From assembly GCA_019358935.1 (NCBI GenBank), contig JAHHIK010000007.1, positions 32,001 through 96,000 on the forward strand: a DNA stretch of 64,000 bases. The letters are read 5' to 3'. The translations under genes were made by a program, and so were the position numbers. Positions 39,401-49,491 of this stretch are shown piece after piece. The notes under the pieces are model-generated. The model was not told where the DNA came from. It saw only the letters and a list, made by a program, of their open reading frames with translations, and searched no databases. Source of the DNA: Tolypothrix carrinoi HA7290-LM1. GTDB lineage: Bacteria > Cyanobacteriota > Cyanobacteriia > Cyanobacteriales > Nostocaceae. Within the stretch, counting starts at the first letter, position 1, and each line of letters starts with the position of its first letter.

Positions 39401-40750
39401 CATTGGGGTGTGGGAGCCTGCTTGGCAGACCAAATGGGACTCGGTAAGACCGTGCAGGCATTGGCTGTTATCCTCAGAAACGCTCAATCAGGGCCAACCC
39501 TGATTGTTGCCCCCACTTCGGTGTGTATGAATTGGGTGAGTGAGGCGCAGAGATTTGCCCCTACTCTTAATATCGTGCAATTTGGTGGGAGCGTTCGCGA
39601 AGCGTCGCCTACGGCGAGTCGCCAGCAATTACTCAACAACTTGCAACCATTTGATATGTTGGTGTGCAGCTACGGTCTTTTGCAACAGGAAGAAGTATCC
39701 CAAATGCTCTCTATGGTGCAGTGGCAAACGATTGTGCTGGATGAAGCCCAGGCAATCAAAAATATGACCACCAAACGTTCTCAGGCTGCAATGAACCTCA
39801 AAGGTAGTTTCAAACTGATTACCACCGGGACTCCGATTGAGAACCACCTCGGCGAACTGTGGACTTTGTTCCGCTTTATTAATCCTGGGTTACTGGGTTC
39901 CTTTGAAAGCTTCAATCAACGCTTTGCTATCCCCATTGAGAAATTTCAGGATAAACTTGCACGCAACAAACTGAAAAAACTCATTCAACCATTTCTGTTG
40001 CGTCGCCTGAAAAATCAGGTGCTGGAAGAATTGCCGAATCGTACCGAAATTCTGTTACATGTGGAGTTGAGTCGGGAGGAAATGGCTTTCTATGAAGCGT
40101 TGCGCCGTGAGGCAATATCTAAACTGACGGAAAGTGAGGCAACTGCTGGCCACAAACATCTGCAAGTGCTGGCAGAAATTATGAGACTCCGCCGCGCTTG
40201 TTGTAATCCTAGTCTGGTGATGCCTGACACTGAACTATCCAGCTCGAAATTACAACTTTTTGCTGAGGTGCTGGGGGATTTACTGGAGAATCGGCATAAG
40301 GCTTTGGTGTTTAGTCAGTTTGTTGACCATTTGCACATCATCCGCGATTATCTGGATAAACAAGGTATTAGTTATCAATATTTAGATGGCAGTACCCCAG
40401 CCGCAGAACGGAAAAAACGGGTGGATGCTTTCCAGGCTGGGTCAGGTGATGTATTTTTGATTAGCCTGAAGGCGGGGGGTACGGGACTCAATCTCACCGC
40501 CGCCGATTACGTTATCCACATGGACCCTTGGTGGAATCCCGCCGTAGAAGACCAAGCCTCAGACCGTGCCCATCGCATCGGTCAACAACGCCCGGTGACT
40601 ATCTATCGCCTAGTAGCGAAAGATACTATTGAAGATAAGATTGTGGACTTGCATCAGCACAAGCGAGATTTGGCAGACAGTCTGCTGGAAGGTACTGATA
40701 TCAGTGGCAAGATATCGACAGAGGCGTTACTAGAGTTAATTGGGGTATAA
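36482..40750 (+). CDS. SNF2/SWI2-family helicase-like ATPase with long helical N-terminus
   Basis: LADQMGLGKT, LDEAQAIKN, TGTPIENH, FLLRR, LVFSQF, YLDGST, SLKAGGTGLNL, DPWWNP, RAHRIGQ. Start may be the ATG at 36509. Confidence 0.92.
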   Translation: MDVTRPIITMTDSEADNQKLQTQLAQTYRQLPPLEEKIVQLFSVIYEPINRTSFLDCLNYIGARDQNYKPFTNATLKPYIDGLLAAGLLVQEQGQGPQCHPLLVEIATRSAVKAGCFEVMAKTVHDKLGVKARWQDGPLYFQSASQFIREVRIGLYSQNLSFINKQIEDYNRYNNSKDKISIENIFEQVCTNPFDADWFRTLPQELYDSCISIILINAALLCSPADVAFALLQEECATSSGHSSDYLHLILTEQLLLRGCIQEAQQSLERISDDYRAEAAVCKGWLNFLRGDNQQAIADYTAGIKSLKKATGKRQVYFSTMGGLFFILALIKDGSRDSLQEALDYTSLLARQSDHWLKSIYAQLKILLQVQLGDIAQKEFIISNRILLREEHNSLETLFFALCHYWVDADRAKKHLPRLLEEFYQQAVASGYHWLAMESAELLSRLKPNSSYETQAEILGEDIGIDSIIDVMQPQEPWEMCLNALANLHKEPQAPVKAEAELRLAWFITFYPSKCILQPREQKVNAKGEWSKGRPIAIKRLSAHLGEFDYLTPQDIRVCGCIETFTNYDYGYHGKTEYTFNAKAISALIGHPLVFWEDAPTTRVEIVKREPELIVKKGRRDRLTLEFSPKLEASQNILAVKETPTRIKVIEISAEHRRIAEIIGKENRLNVPATASKQVLAAINAVSGIVTVHSDIGGGMEGAEVVPAQTIPHIHLLPANAGLKVSLLSRPFAQGGPYYRPGTGGETVIAEIDGKRLQTRRNLHEEKQLANAAIKACPTLTRAEEQDREWLIEDPEDCLELLLELQALGDTVVLEWPEGEKLRVKHQADLKDFQMTIQRQQDWFAATGELKLDKDLVLDMQQLLELLDKTPSRFIPLGDGQFLALTQAFRKRLDELRAFSEKHSKGIRFHPLATLGLEDLVDSVGKVKADKHWKAHIERLKEVQSLQPELPSTFQASLRDYQMSGFSWLARLAHWGVGACLADQMGLGKTVQALAVILRNAQSGPTLIVAPTSVCMNWVSEAQRFAPTLNIVQFGGSVREASPTASRQQLLNNLQPFDMLVCSYGLLQQEEVSQMLSMVQWQTIVLDEAQAIKNMTTKRSQAAMNLKGSFKLITTGTPIENHLGELWTLFRFINPGLLGSFESFNQRFAIPIEKFQDKLARNKLKKLIQPFLLRRLKNQVLEELPNRTEILLHVELSREEMAFYEALRREAISKLTESEATAGHKHLQVLAEIMRLRRACCNPSLVMPDTELSSSKLQLFAEVLGDLLENRHKALVFSQFVDHLHIIRDYLDKQGISYQYLDGSTPAAERKKRVDAFQAGSGDVFLISLKAGGTGLNLTAADYVIHMDPWWNPAVEDQASDRAHRIGQQRPVTIYRLVAKDTIEDKIVDLHQHKRDLADSLLEGTDISGKISTEALLELIGV
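39591..39617 (+). repeat. Small dispersed repeat-like insertion inside the SNF2 gene
   Basis: GCGTTCGCGAAGCGTC..., related to the reverse complement of intergenic 57676-57701. Confidence 0.55.
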
Positions 40751-41071
40751 CTGAGAGTTGATGGATGCCTTGCAGCAAGCGGGTTGTGCAAAGATTTACT
40801 CAGATCATATAAGTGGAGTGAAAGCAGCCTAACCGATACCACTTGTTTATTTTAAGTTGCCTGCTTATAAACTATCTCGTGGAGGCAAGTGCCGATTTCA
40901 CTTCTTCTTTCCAAAATTTCAGCGTGAAGCGACTTTTACCCCAAATAGGTGTTGAGAAAATGAATTCTCGCAACCTAAAATGGGTGTGGGGTGGGCGTAA
41001 AAAATCCTCGACTCGAATGAAGAGTGAATTAAGCTGGATTTAGCAGACGATATGTTTTAAAGCCTCAAAAC

Positions 41072-42067
41072 TTGAAGAAGGTGAACATCCACCACCAGAT
41101 CGCCAATTTTAATTTCAACCCGGAGTCGCTGGCGTATCCCTTACCGGTACCGCTAACTTTACACCCAGCTGAGGTTTACTTGCGATCCTTGGGTGAAGGT
41201 TCCCGACGCACGATGCGCGAAGCTCTCAATAATATAGCGAAACTCCTCACTAACGATGCTTGCGATGCAACAACTATTGATTGGTCGAAACTAAGATACC
41301 AACACACGGCTGCGGTTAGGTCGGTGTTAATGGAAAAATACAGTCCGGCAATGGCTAACAAGATGTTATGTGCGTTGCGACGGACTTTGAAGGAAGCATG
41401 GCGGTTGGGGTTAATGTCCACGGATGAGTATGGACGAGCGACTGATATTGAATCTGTGCGGGGGAAGAGTTTACTGAAAGGGCGATCCCTTGATAATGAG
41501 GAAATTACTGCATTATGGGATGATTGTATACGGGATAACTCAAATTTGGGGGCGAGGGATGCGGCGCTGCTGGGGGTTTTGACGGTTGGGTTGCGCCGTA
41601 GTGAAATCGCGCACCTTGATTTGAGCGATTTTAAGCCGCGCAGTCGATCGCTGACTATCCGCGAAGCTAAGGGGCGTTCGGAGCGAATTGTATACTTACC
41701 ATTAGCTAGTGTACGGGCTGTGCAAGATTGGTTGGTTATCAGGGGGAAAGAGGCGGGAGCGTTGTTTTATCCGTTGGATAAGGGGCATAAAGTTATACCA
41801 AGACGCATGAGCGAGCAAGGGGTGTTGCGGGCTTTGCAACGGCGTGGGGAACGTGCGGGTGTGGAGGGGTTTACGCCGCACGATTTTAGAAGAACTTTTA
41901 TTGGTAATTTATTAGATGCGGGGGCAGATATTGTCACTGTAGCTCACCTTGCAGGTCATGTGTCGCCAAACACTACGAGTAAATACGATAGGCGTGGGGA
42001 AGCTGCGAAGAAACGGGCGGTTGATTTGCTGGATGTACCTTATAGGGGGCGGGGTAAAGGTAATTAA
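41072..42067 (+). CDS. Tyrosine recombinase/integrase (probable plasmid resolvase)
   Basis: GLRRSE (R), KG (K), PHDFRR (HxxR), LAGH (H), KYDRR (Y). Confidence 0.92.
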   Translation: MKKVNIHHQIANFNFNPESLAYPLPVPLTLHPAEVYLRSLGEGSRRTMREALNNIAKLLTNDACDATTIDWSKLRYQHTAAVRSVLMEKYSPAMANKMLCALRRTLKEAWRLGLMSTDEYGRATDIESVRGKSLLKGRSLDNEEITALWDDCIRDNSNLGARDAALLGVLTVGLRRSEIAHLDLSDFKPRSRSLTIREAKGRSERIVYLPLASVRAVQDWLVIRGKEAGALFYPLDKGHKVIPRRMSEQGVLRALQRRGERAGVEGFTPHDFRRTFIGNLLDAGADIVTVAHLAGHVSPNTTSKYDRRGEAAKKRAVDLLDVPYRGRGKGN

Positions 42068-42098
42068 GCAGCAATCAAATTACAGCAATTTTCAGGTA

Positions 42099-43689
42099 AG
42101 GGACTTCCAAGGAATAAATTACTCAACAAAAATCAGAAGACGATATTTCAAGAATAATGATAATCATTATGAGTGGGAAGAGGTGGTTGCCTATGTCTTC
42201 CACCTCTTACCACTCTCAAGTATTCACTAAAAACTCTGCACTCTGTAACGAATTTCAGGCGCATGGGAATAATTAATATTGATGATTTTATAGTCAAAAC
42301 ATTTGAGTAATGGTGATTTAAATTAGGTGCTTCCACAACAGATATCAACAAACCACTTTCCTAAATTGGGAAACTTTTCATGTGTAGATCTAGTGAGACG
42401 CTCTATTTTTGTTTCGATAGCAGACATAGCTTTATTGGTAAGCTTAACCCCAGTTTCATAAGTTTGAGCTACTAACTTAACCACAGGGTGTTTACCTTTC
42501 CATGTCATGTTTTGGGCAAAGTTCAAAGCTGTTTCAACTTCATCTAAAATACTGCCATTCCAAGACTTTTCTAATATCCCCCATGTTCGCTCTATTGGAT
42601 TGTATTTGCTGTGATAGGGTGGATAGTACGCTAAACGTATGTTGAGTTGATATTGATGAGCAAACTCGATTATACGTTTCATAAACTGGCTACGGCGCGA
42701 ATTATTCTCTCCACCATTATCTTGATTAATAATAAGTGTTTTTATTTCCGAAAATCTCCAACTTTCATTATTCCAAAAATCTGATAAAACATCAACAATA
42801 AAATCACTCGTTACCTTAGACTCTGTAAAGTATAAAAATAGTTCATCTAATTATGGAAGGAAGATGCCATAAGGAGTTATGGTTGTTTTTGGATTATAAT
42901 CATGGTCGTCAGTTTTAATTGAAAGTCGGTTTCTACCACCTCGGTCAAAGGAACCAATATTGACACGACATGAGTGCATCAAGACTTAAACGTAAAATGC
43001 TCTTGTCATCCAAAGCCGATTGATTAACTATTGCTAGTTGCTCAAAGATAGCATCAGTTTCGGGTATTTTTTTTGAGGGAAAACTTTTGCTACCCGTTTG
43101 AGTCGATAACCTAAATAATTCAATTTGATGCGAATTGTTTCTTCGGTCGGTAACTGTTCATAACTATAACCGAACTTCTCAATTAATAGCTTTCTTACTT
43201 GGCTTGCAGTTAGGCGCGTATACAGTCTCTGACTTTTAAAACTGGGGTCGGTAAGACGAGTGGGAATCCACTAATTTTTTAATATCTTCTAACAGACTTG
43301 GTAAATGTTCCTCTGCCTTATAACGCCCCTTCGCCGAATAATTATCTACACAAGTAATTCCACTAGTTAATTCTTTAATCCCTTTACGAATAGTATTTCT
43401 ATCCCACCCTAACTCTTTTTGAGCTAGTAATTGTCGCAGTACCTAACTCTATTACAACTTGGGAAGAGAAAACGCCGCCTTGCTGCACCTTTGAGTTGGC
43501 TTGCTGTTTCCTTGAACAATTTTATGACTGGATCAGTTAATTCTATTGACACTTCAAAGACCCAAAATCTCAACCTCAATTAATGTACTACAAAAAGGGG
43601 AAGAAGAAGCCGCCGCCGGCGGCTTCTTCTTCCCCTCTAACAATGATTATCATTATTGTACTTGGTGATTTTATTCTTTGGAAGTCCCT
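42099..43689 (-). mobile_element. ISAzo13-family insertion sequence with disrupted transposase
   Basis: Terminal IRs AGGGACTTCCAA.GAATAAA at both ends; transposase motifs DNGGEN and YYPPYHSKYNPIERTWG. Confidence 0.85.
42323..43552 (-). pseudogene. ISAzo13-family transposase pseudogene
   Basis: Frameshifts plus an in-frame TAA near 42850; only the last 119 codons form an ORF. Confidence 0.8.
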
Positions 43690-43697
43690 AATGCTCT

Positions 43698-43858
43698 TAG
43701 GGAGATCCAAAAAATAAAATATCCAGCCCTCCGGGTTCATCAGTTCGACGGGACGTAAACCGACCCCTGAGACTGATTCACCGTCAAACCTAGATGCCCC
43801 TATCCGCAACCAACCATTTCAATACACGGCTGGATATTTTATTACTTGTAAGTGCCTA
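43698..43858. mobile_element. MITE-like element with ends resembling the adjacent IS
   Basis: TAGGGAGATCCAAAAAATAAAATATCCAGCC...GGCTGGATATTTTATTACTTGTAAGTGCCTA. Confidence 0.6.
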
Positions 43859-44756
43859 AGGTATTGAACTTTAGTATGAATTTAGATTCCAACCTTAGTT
43901 GGAGCCAACCTTACATCGATATATGGACTGATTCATCAATCATTGTATTGTACAAAAGTTTCAACTTTGAGTGGACGACAAGTTAGAGTTAATTGCATAT
44001 ATTTAATTCAGGCAAATATTGAGAGCAATTTAGTTGCAATATTTCAGTTTACTTGACACAAAGAGAGTAAGAAGAGGGTTGTATGCTCAACGCTGATGCT
44101 GAACATACAGTATCAGTGAGCTTTGACCGTGACCTGATATTTCCCAATTCCTGCCTGATATATCTAAAAAGTGTACATTGCTCGCATCAATGTTCGCGTT
44201 TTGGCAACAGCACGATCGGCTTTACGTCATCGTCAGATCAATTGTGTTATTGATTCTTATTCATGGTCTTCTGGCAACGGAATAATTTCTCAGTATTTCA
44301 AACAGCTTAGATCATCTACTAATTGAGTCAGTAATCTTAATCAATATTTCGTTGAGGATAATCTTATGACACGTATGCCATTACTAGTTGAAGATGATTT
44401 TGAGTATTCCAAAGTTCCAACTCAGAGTAACTTTTTTGGAAATTCTCCTGTTAATCATGCACTCACTGCTGTCGCCCAAGAGGTCGCTAGATTGCTTCAA
44501 CACGCAAATCCTGTTCAAGCATGGCAGCAACCACGCTGAAACAATTGCAATTCGATCCATAGAACCGGAATACAGCCAAATTCTTACTATTGAAACGTTG
44601 ACTGAGTTAGAGTCAAATCTATGTCAGACAAACACGAAGCTGTGAACATTTTTCCATCTCATGTGAAAGCAGAAACCGCCTGTGCAAATGAAGGCTTTTC
44701 CCATCTGGTAATTCGTTTGGACTAGTTTTTCTGCCTCGTTCAAGAGTGGGGTAAAT

Positions 44757-45687
44757 ATGATGTACAAAACGACAATTTTTGATGTCACAACTCATTACCA
44801 TCAAACTGCTTGGCAGATTATTCAAAGCTATATTCAGCTTACAAAGCCTCGTATCCTCTTACTGTTATTGATCACAACGACTGCTGGTATGGCAATGGCA
44901 GCAAAAGGACGTGTTGATCTCTGGCTGCTGTTGATCACTTTAGTCAGTGGTGCTTGTGCAGCAGGAGCCGCGAATACTATGAATTGTCTCTATGATCGTG
45001 ACATTGATTATGAGATGGAAGGCACACGCCATCGTCCGTTGCCATCGGGTCGGATACAGCCTCATTATGCCTTACCGTTTGCGATCGCCCTCACTCTGAT
45101 TTCGTTTACACTTCTAGCCGTTTTTGCAAATCTGTTGAGTGCAAACTTGGCAATGGTTGGGATTCTCATTTATGTGCTGGTCTACACCCATTGGTTGAAA
45201 CGGCATCACGCCCAGAACATTTTCCTGGGAGGAGCAGCAGGTGCTATTCTGCCTCTGGTCGGCTGGGCAGCAGTGACAGGCGATCTAAGTTGGGCGGCGT
45301 GGTGCTTGCTTATTTGCGCTCGTGTTTCTCTGGACACCGCCGCATTTCTGGGCATTGGCAATGATGCTGCAAGATGATTATGCCAAAGTAAACGTGCCGA
45401 TGCTGCCTGTAGTGGCAGGAAATGAAATCACAACTCGACAAATTTTTGCCTACACTTTGATTCTGGTTCCAGTTAGCTTACTGCTCACCTACCCGTTCCA
45501 AATCACCAATTGGCTGTATCTAGTTATTGCGATCGCCCTGGGAAGCATTTTTGTTCATAAAGTCTGGTTGTTAATGCAGTCTCCCTCAGATTTGGAGTTG
45601 GCCAGATCGTTATTTAAGTACTCGATCATTTACATGATGTTGCTATCGGTGGCGATCGTAGTTGATTGCTTACCCATCTTTAATTGA
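44757..45687 (+). pseudogene. ctaB: Heme O synthase (protoheme IX farnesyltransferase), frameshifted
   Basis: [29 protein letters not shown]; then [12 protein letters not shown] and [12 protein letters not shown] in another frame. Confidence 0.9.
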
Positions 45688-45755
45688 GCAAAGAGAGCGA
45701 CATTGTTAAGCCGTTGGTTAAATTGCTTGCTGCTGTTTATTAACCACTTCCTAAA

Positions 45756-47108
45756 ATGAATTCTTCTCGCCCCACAGTGATTATCGGAGCAGGCTTTGCA
45801 GGTCTTTTTACAGCTTTGCATCTGCGTCATCAGCAAGACTTGCGCTCGATCATTTTGATTGATCCACAAGAACGGTTTGTCTTCAAGCCAATGTTGTATG
45901 AACTATTGACAGGTGAATTGTCAGAAGATGCCGTTTGTCCGACTTATAAAGAGTTGCTGCAAGGCAGTGATATCAACTTTGTACAGGACAAAGTAGTGGC
46001 GATCAACCTGCAAGAAAAACGTCTTAAGTTAGCTTCTGGCTCAGATTATATCTATGATCATCTGGTCTTAGCTGTTGGCAGTATTCAGGGTTATTTAGGA
46101 ACAGAGGGCGCACAAAAAAACGCATTCGCATTTCGGACACAAGAGAATGCGATCGCTCTGGAACGCCAGTTACGAGAATGTTTGCAACGTGCTAGCCAAA
46201 CGGATGACGAAACACAACGGCGATCGCTCCTCACGTTTGCTGTCGTTGGGGCAGGCCCGACAGGGGTAGAAATGGCGGCAACCCTGGCAGATTTGTTACC
46301 CGACTGGTACGCCCAACTCGGCGGCGATATTCGTCAGATTCGCATTGTCTTAATCAATCATGGCAAGACGATTCTCGCAGGCGATGTCAACGCGGGTTTG
46401 CAGGAAGAGGCTCTCCACGCTTTCAGAACTCGAACAGTACCTGTTGAGTTGATATTAGGCGTAGGGGTGAAAGCGGTTGCTCAAGACCACCTGGAGTATC
46501 AACCTGCCAACAGCACTGAGATAAAAACGCTGTTGACTCAAACCACCATCTGGACAGCCGGGACTGCCGTGAACCCACTCATCCAAAATCTCAAGTCCCA
46601 AATTCTCGCAGATCACCTGGATAAGCATGGGCTACCGCTTGTCACTTTAACTCTGCAACTGCTGGATTTTCCAGAAGTGTTTGCCGCAGGCGATTGCGCG
46701 GACGTGCAGCCACAAACCTTACCGGCTCTAGCCCAGGTAGCATATCAGCAAGGTGCGAGCATTGCCCACAATTTGATTGCCCTTGCTAAAGGAGCATCCC
46801 CTAGCCCAGCCCATGTGAGTCTTCGGGGTACGCTAATGAAATTGGGTTTAGGAAATGGGGTAGCAAACTTGTTTGACAAAGTGCAGATAACTGGCAAACC
46901 TGGCGATCTAATTCGCAGTGCAGCGTATTTGGAAATGCTGCCCACCCCACTGCATGACTTTAAGGCAACCACAGAATGGCTGAAGGAAGAAACTTTCCAT
47001 CGCTATCACAGACCCAAGATGAAGCCAGAAACCACCGCAAAACAGCCTCTCTCTTCGGTTGAACAACGAGAGCGATCGCTCATCCAGCTGTGTATGCCAC
47101 TGGATTAG
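45756..47108 (+). CDS. Type II NADH dehydrogenase-family FAD-dependent oxidoreductase
   Basis: IIGAGFAG, FKPMLYE, VVGAGPTGVE, WTAG, FAAGD, AQVAYQQG. Confidence 0.88.
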   Translation: MNSSRPTVIIGAGFAGLFTALHLRHQQDLRSIILIDPQERFVFKPMLYELLTGELSEDAVCPTYKELLQGSDINFVQDKVVAINLQEKRLKLASGSDYIYDHLVLAVGSIQGYLGTEGAQKNAFAFRTQENAIALERQLRECLQRASQTDDETQRRSLLTFAVVGAGPTGVEMAATLADLLPDWYAQLGGDIRQIRIVLINHGKTILAGDVNAGLQEEALHAFRTRTVPVELILGVGVKAVAQDHLEYQPANSTEIKTLLTQTTIWTAGTAVNPLIQNLKSQILADHLDKHGLPLVTLTLQLLDFPEVFAAGDCADVQPQTLPALAQVAYQQGASIAHNLIALAKGASPSPAHVSLRGTLMKLGLGNGVANLFDKVQITGKPGDLIRSAAYLEMLPTPLHDFKATTEWLKEETFHRYHRPKMKPETTAKQPLSSVEQRERSLIQLCMPLD

Positions 47109-47239
47109 AGTGGACAACCTCCTCACCGCCGCCAAGCGAAAACTTTGAAGAGATTCCCACCATCACCTCAGAACCCTATGGTTACGGGGAATCTGACAGA
47201 TTGACAGTTGATCGATCATCTATTTAAAGAGAACCACTG

Positions 47240-47824
47240 ATGAAGACACGAACAACAAAACGATTGGTTGGTGGAATCTTAACAATTGGCATGATTGGAC
47301 TGCTACGCTCGCAGCCTCTCTTCGCGCTTACAGTCAGGCAAGCTCAACCAAATTCCTCTCAAGACTATGTACTTCCCTACCGGGGCAGTTGGACGGGAAC
47401 CTTCCGTACTGTCGGTTCTCAGGGGCAGATACTCGTATTTATTGATCCTGCCGGCAAACTGTACGGAAGTTTGAAGTCTAATGATGGTGAGAACTTTGCT
47501 CAAATTAGCGGTTACCATCGCGGAAGTAAGTTTCATCTGGTTTTCACCCCTCCACCCAGCAGCCTTAACCAGTTTGGCACCGCTAGTCCTTACACCGTTG
47601 ATGCAACCGCAAAGTGGGAGCAAGGGGTGAGTCGATTTGTCATCTCAGCCCCAACTAGAACGGGTCACTCACAATTATATACATTTGAGAAATCAATCGA
47701 TAAAACAATACATCGAACGGAGTTGCGATCTCCTCTGGCGAGGCTTAAGCCCATCGCCTCCCTTTTCACTAAAAGTGAATTTAACGCAACTACAAGCAAT
47801 TCGAAAAACCATTCGGGATGCTAA
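47240..47824 (+). CDS. Hypothetical secreted protein; C-terminus may be readthrough into the next remnant
   Basis: Signal-peptide-like N-terminus and beta-rich body (YRGSWTGTF). Confidence 0.55.
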   Translation: MKTRTTKRLVGGILTIGMIGLLRSQPLFALTVRQAQPNSSQDYVLPYRGSWTGTFRTVGSQGQILVFIDPAGKLYGSLKSNDGENFAQISGYHRGSKFHLVFTPPPSSLNQFGTASPYTVDATAKWEQGVSRFVISAPTRTGHSQLYTFEKSIDKTIHRTELRSPLARLKPIASLFTKSEFNATTSNSKNHSGC

Positions 47825-48112
47825 AAAAGTCGCTACCTGCCTCGGCTTTGGCCCACGCTTTTTGCATTCCACCGGACAGGCTTATAAGGGTGGAACCAAC
47901 AGAGGTGTGTTTTCCAAATCACCTGTGATGATGCCACAGACATTCCTGTGCCTCAGTAGAAATATACCTTTGGGGTTGTGAAAGCAGCTCAAGCACGGGG
48001 AGATTTTCAAGTTTTGGTAGAACGCGATCGACGGGCATTGCGACTACATCTGGAGAAAGATGTTGAAGCTGGATTGAACATTTTGAGGCAAGCGATCAAG
48101 CAAATTTTGTAA
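47775..48112 (+). pseudogene. C-terminal remnant of bifunctional transaldolase/phosphoglucose isomerase
   Basis: KVATCLGFGPRFLHSTGQAYKGG, then frameshift to QITCDD..., a TAG, and YTFGVVKAAQARGDFQVL. Confidence 0.8.
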
Positions 48113-48137
48113 GCCCTTTTGCACAGGTGATGTACTT

Positions 48138-49385
48138 CAGGACTTACGCAACTGGCACAATGCGATCGCATTTTAATAGTACATAAGTACTAATTAAATC
48201 GGATTCCGAAAGCTTTGTCTTCGCAATCTTATGTCGCTGTCTTGAAAGCACTATTGAAATATTCATGAGAAAATAGGTAGAGGGTGTATTAGATAAATTT
48301 TACTTACGGTAATGAGATTTACTAAGCTTAATTACTGCCAATATTTATTAAGTAGTCAAATTAATTATACAATCACAAATTTGGCGGAGCATTTAGAACA
48401 GATCAGTCATGATAAAATCAACCGTTATTTAAAGAACGAAAAATTAACGCCTCGGATTCTTTGGGATAACGTTAAAGATTTAATAGAAACATCGGTGAGC
48501 GCCTATGTGATTTTTGATGACACAGTAATTGATAAAAGATACGCTCTAGAAATAGAGCCTAGTAAACGACAATATAGCGGCAATGAACATGGCGTCATTC
48601 AAGGAATTGGGCTGGTAACTTGTGTATATGTTAATCATGAACTTGGGAAATATTGGGTAGTTGACTATCGGATTTATGACCCAGATAAAGATGGAAAAAT
48701 CAAGATAGATCACGTCATAGAGATGCTGCAAAACCTTGTGTACCATAAAGATTTACCATTTCAAGCTGTGTTAATGGACAGTTGGTATGCAACGAATAAA
48801 TTGATGTTATATATTGATAGTCTAAATAAATATTATTATTGTCCCTTAAAACGCAATCGACTTGTTGATGATACGCAAGGTCAAGAAAATTATAATAAAA
48901 TTGAATTACTATCTTGGAATGGACTAGAACTTAAATCAGGTAAAATAGTAAAAATAAAGAAGTTCCCTCAAGCTAAAAAAGTGAAACTGTTCCGGGTAAC
49001 TGTCTCTACCGACAGAACGGATTTTATCGCGACAAACGATTTATCTCAAGATTCTACGGACGTTGTACAAAAAGTGTGTAAGGTTCGATGGAAGATTGAG
49101 GAGTTTCATAGAGAATTAAAACAATTGACTGGTCTTGAATCATGTCAATGTCGCAAAGGTCGTATTCAAAGAAACCATATCGCCTGTGCTATTTTAGTCT
49201 GGCTTAGGCTCAAAGATTTAGCATATAAAAGTAGTCAAACAATTTATCAAATTAAGCACTCCTTGCTGTCAAATTATTTAGTTGAGCAACTAAAACGTCC
49301 AAATGTTCCCATGTTTATTATCTAGTTGTTTGGCGCTAGGCGCGGCTGCGCCGCGCCCTCGCTTGTGACAGTTGCGTAAGTCCTG
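48138..49385 (+). mobile_element. Complete IS701-family element
   Basis: 22-bp IRs CAGGACTTACGCAACTG(G/T)CACA; flanking 5-bp duplication TACTT at 48133-48137 and 49386-49390. Confidence 0.9.
48312..49325 (+). CDS. IS701-family DDE transposase
   Basis: IFDDTVIDK, LMDSWY, RWKIEEFHRELKQLTG. Confidence 0.92.
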   Translation: MRFTKLNYCQYLLSSQINYTITNLAEHLEQISHDKINRYLKNEKLTPRILWDNVKDLIETSVSAYVIFDDTVIDKRYALEIEPSKRQYSGNEHGVIQGIGLVTCVYVNHELGKYWVVDYRIYDPDKDGKIKIDHVIEMLQNLVYHKDLPFQAVLMDSWYATNKLMLYIDSLNKYYYCPLKRNRLVDDTQGQENYNKIELLSWNGLELKSGKIVKIKKFPQAKKVKLFRVTVSTDRTDFIATNDLSQDSTDVVQKVCKVRWKIEEFHRELKQLTGLESCQCRKGRIQRNHIACAILVWLRLKDLAYKSSQTIYQIKHSLLSNYLVEQLKRPNVPMFII

Positions 49386-49491
49386 TACTTGAACAGGAAG
49401 GATGAAATATTGCTGTTCTGTTAATGAACCAGAATCTTATCTCTAATCAGAACCGACTCTATGCAAACGAGAATTACATTGGAGAAAAATT

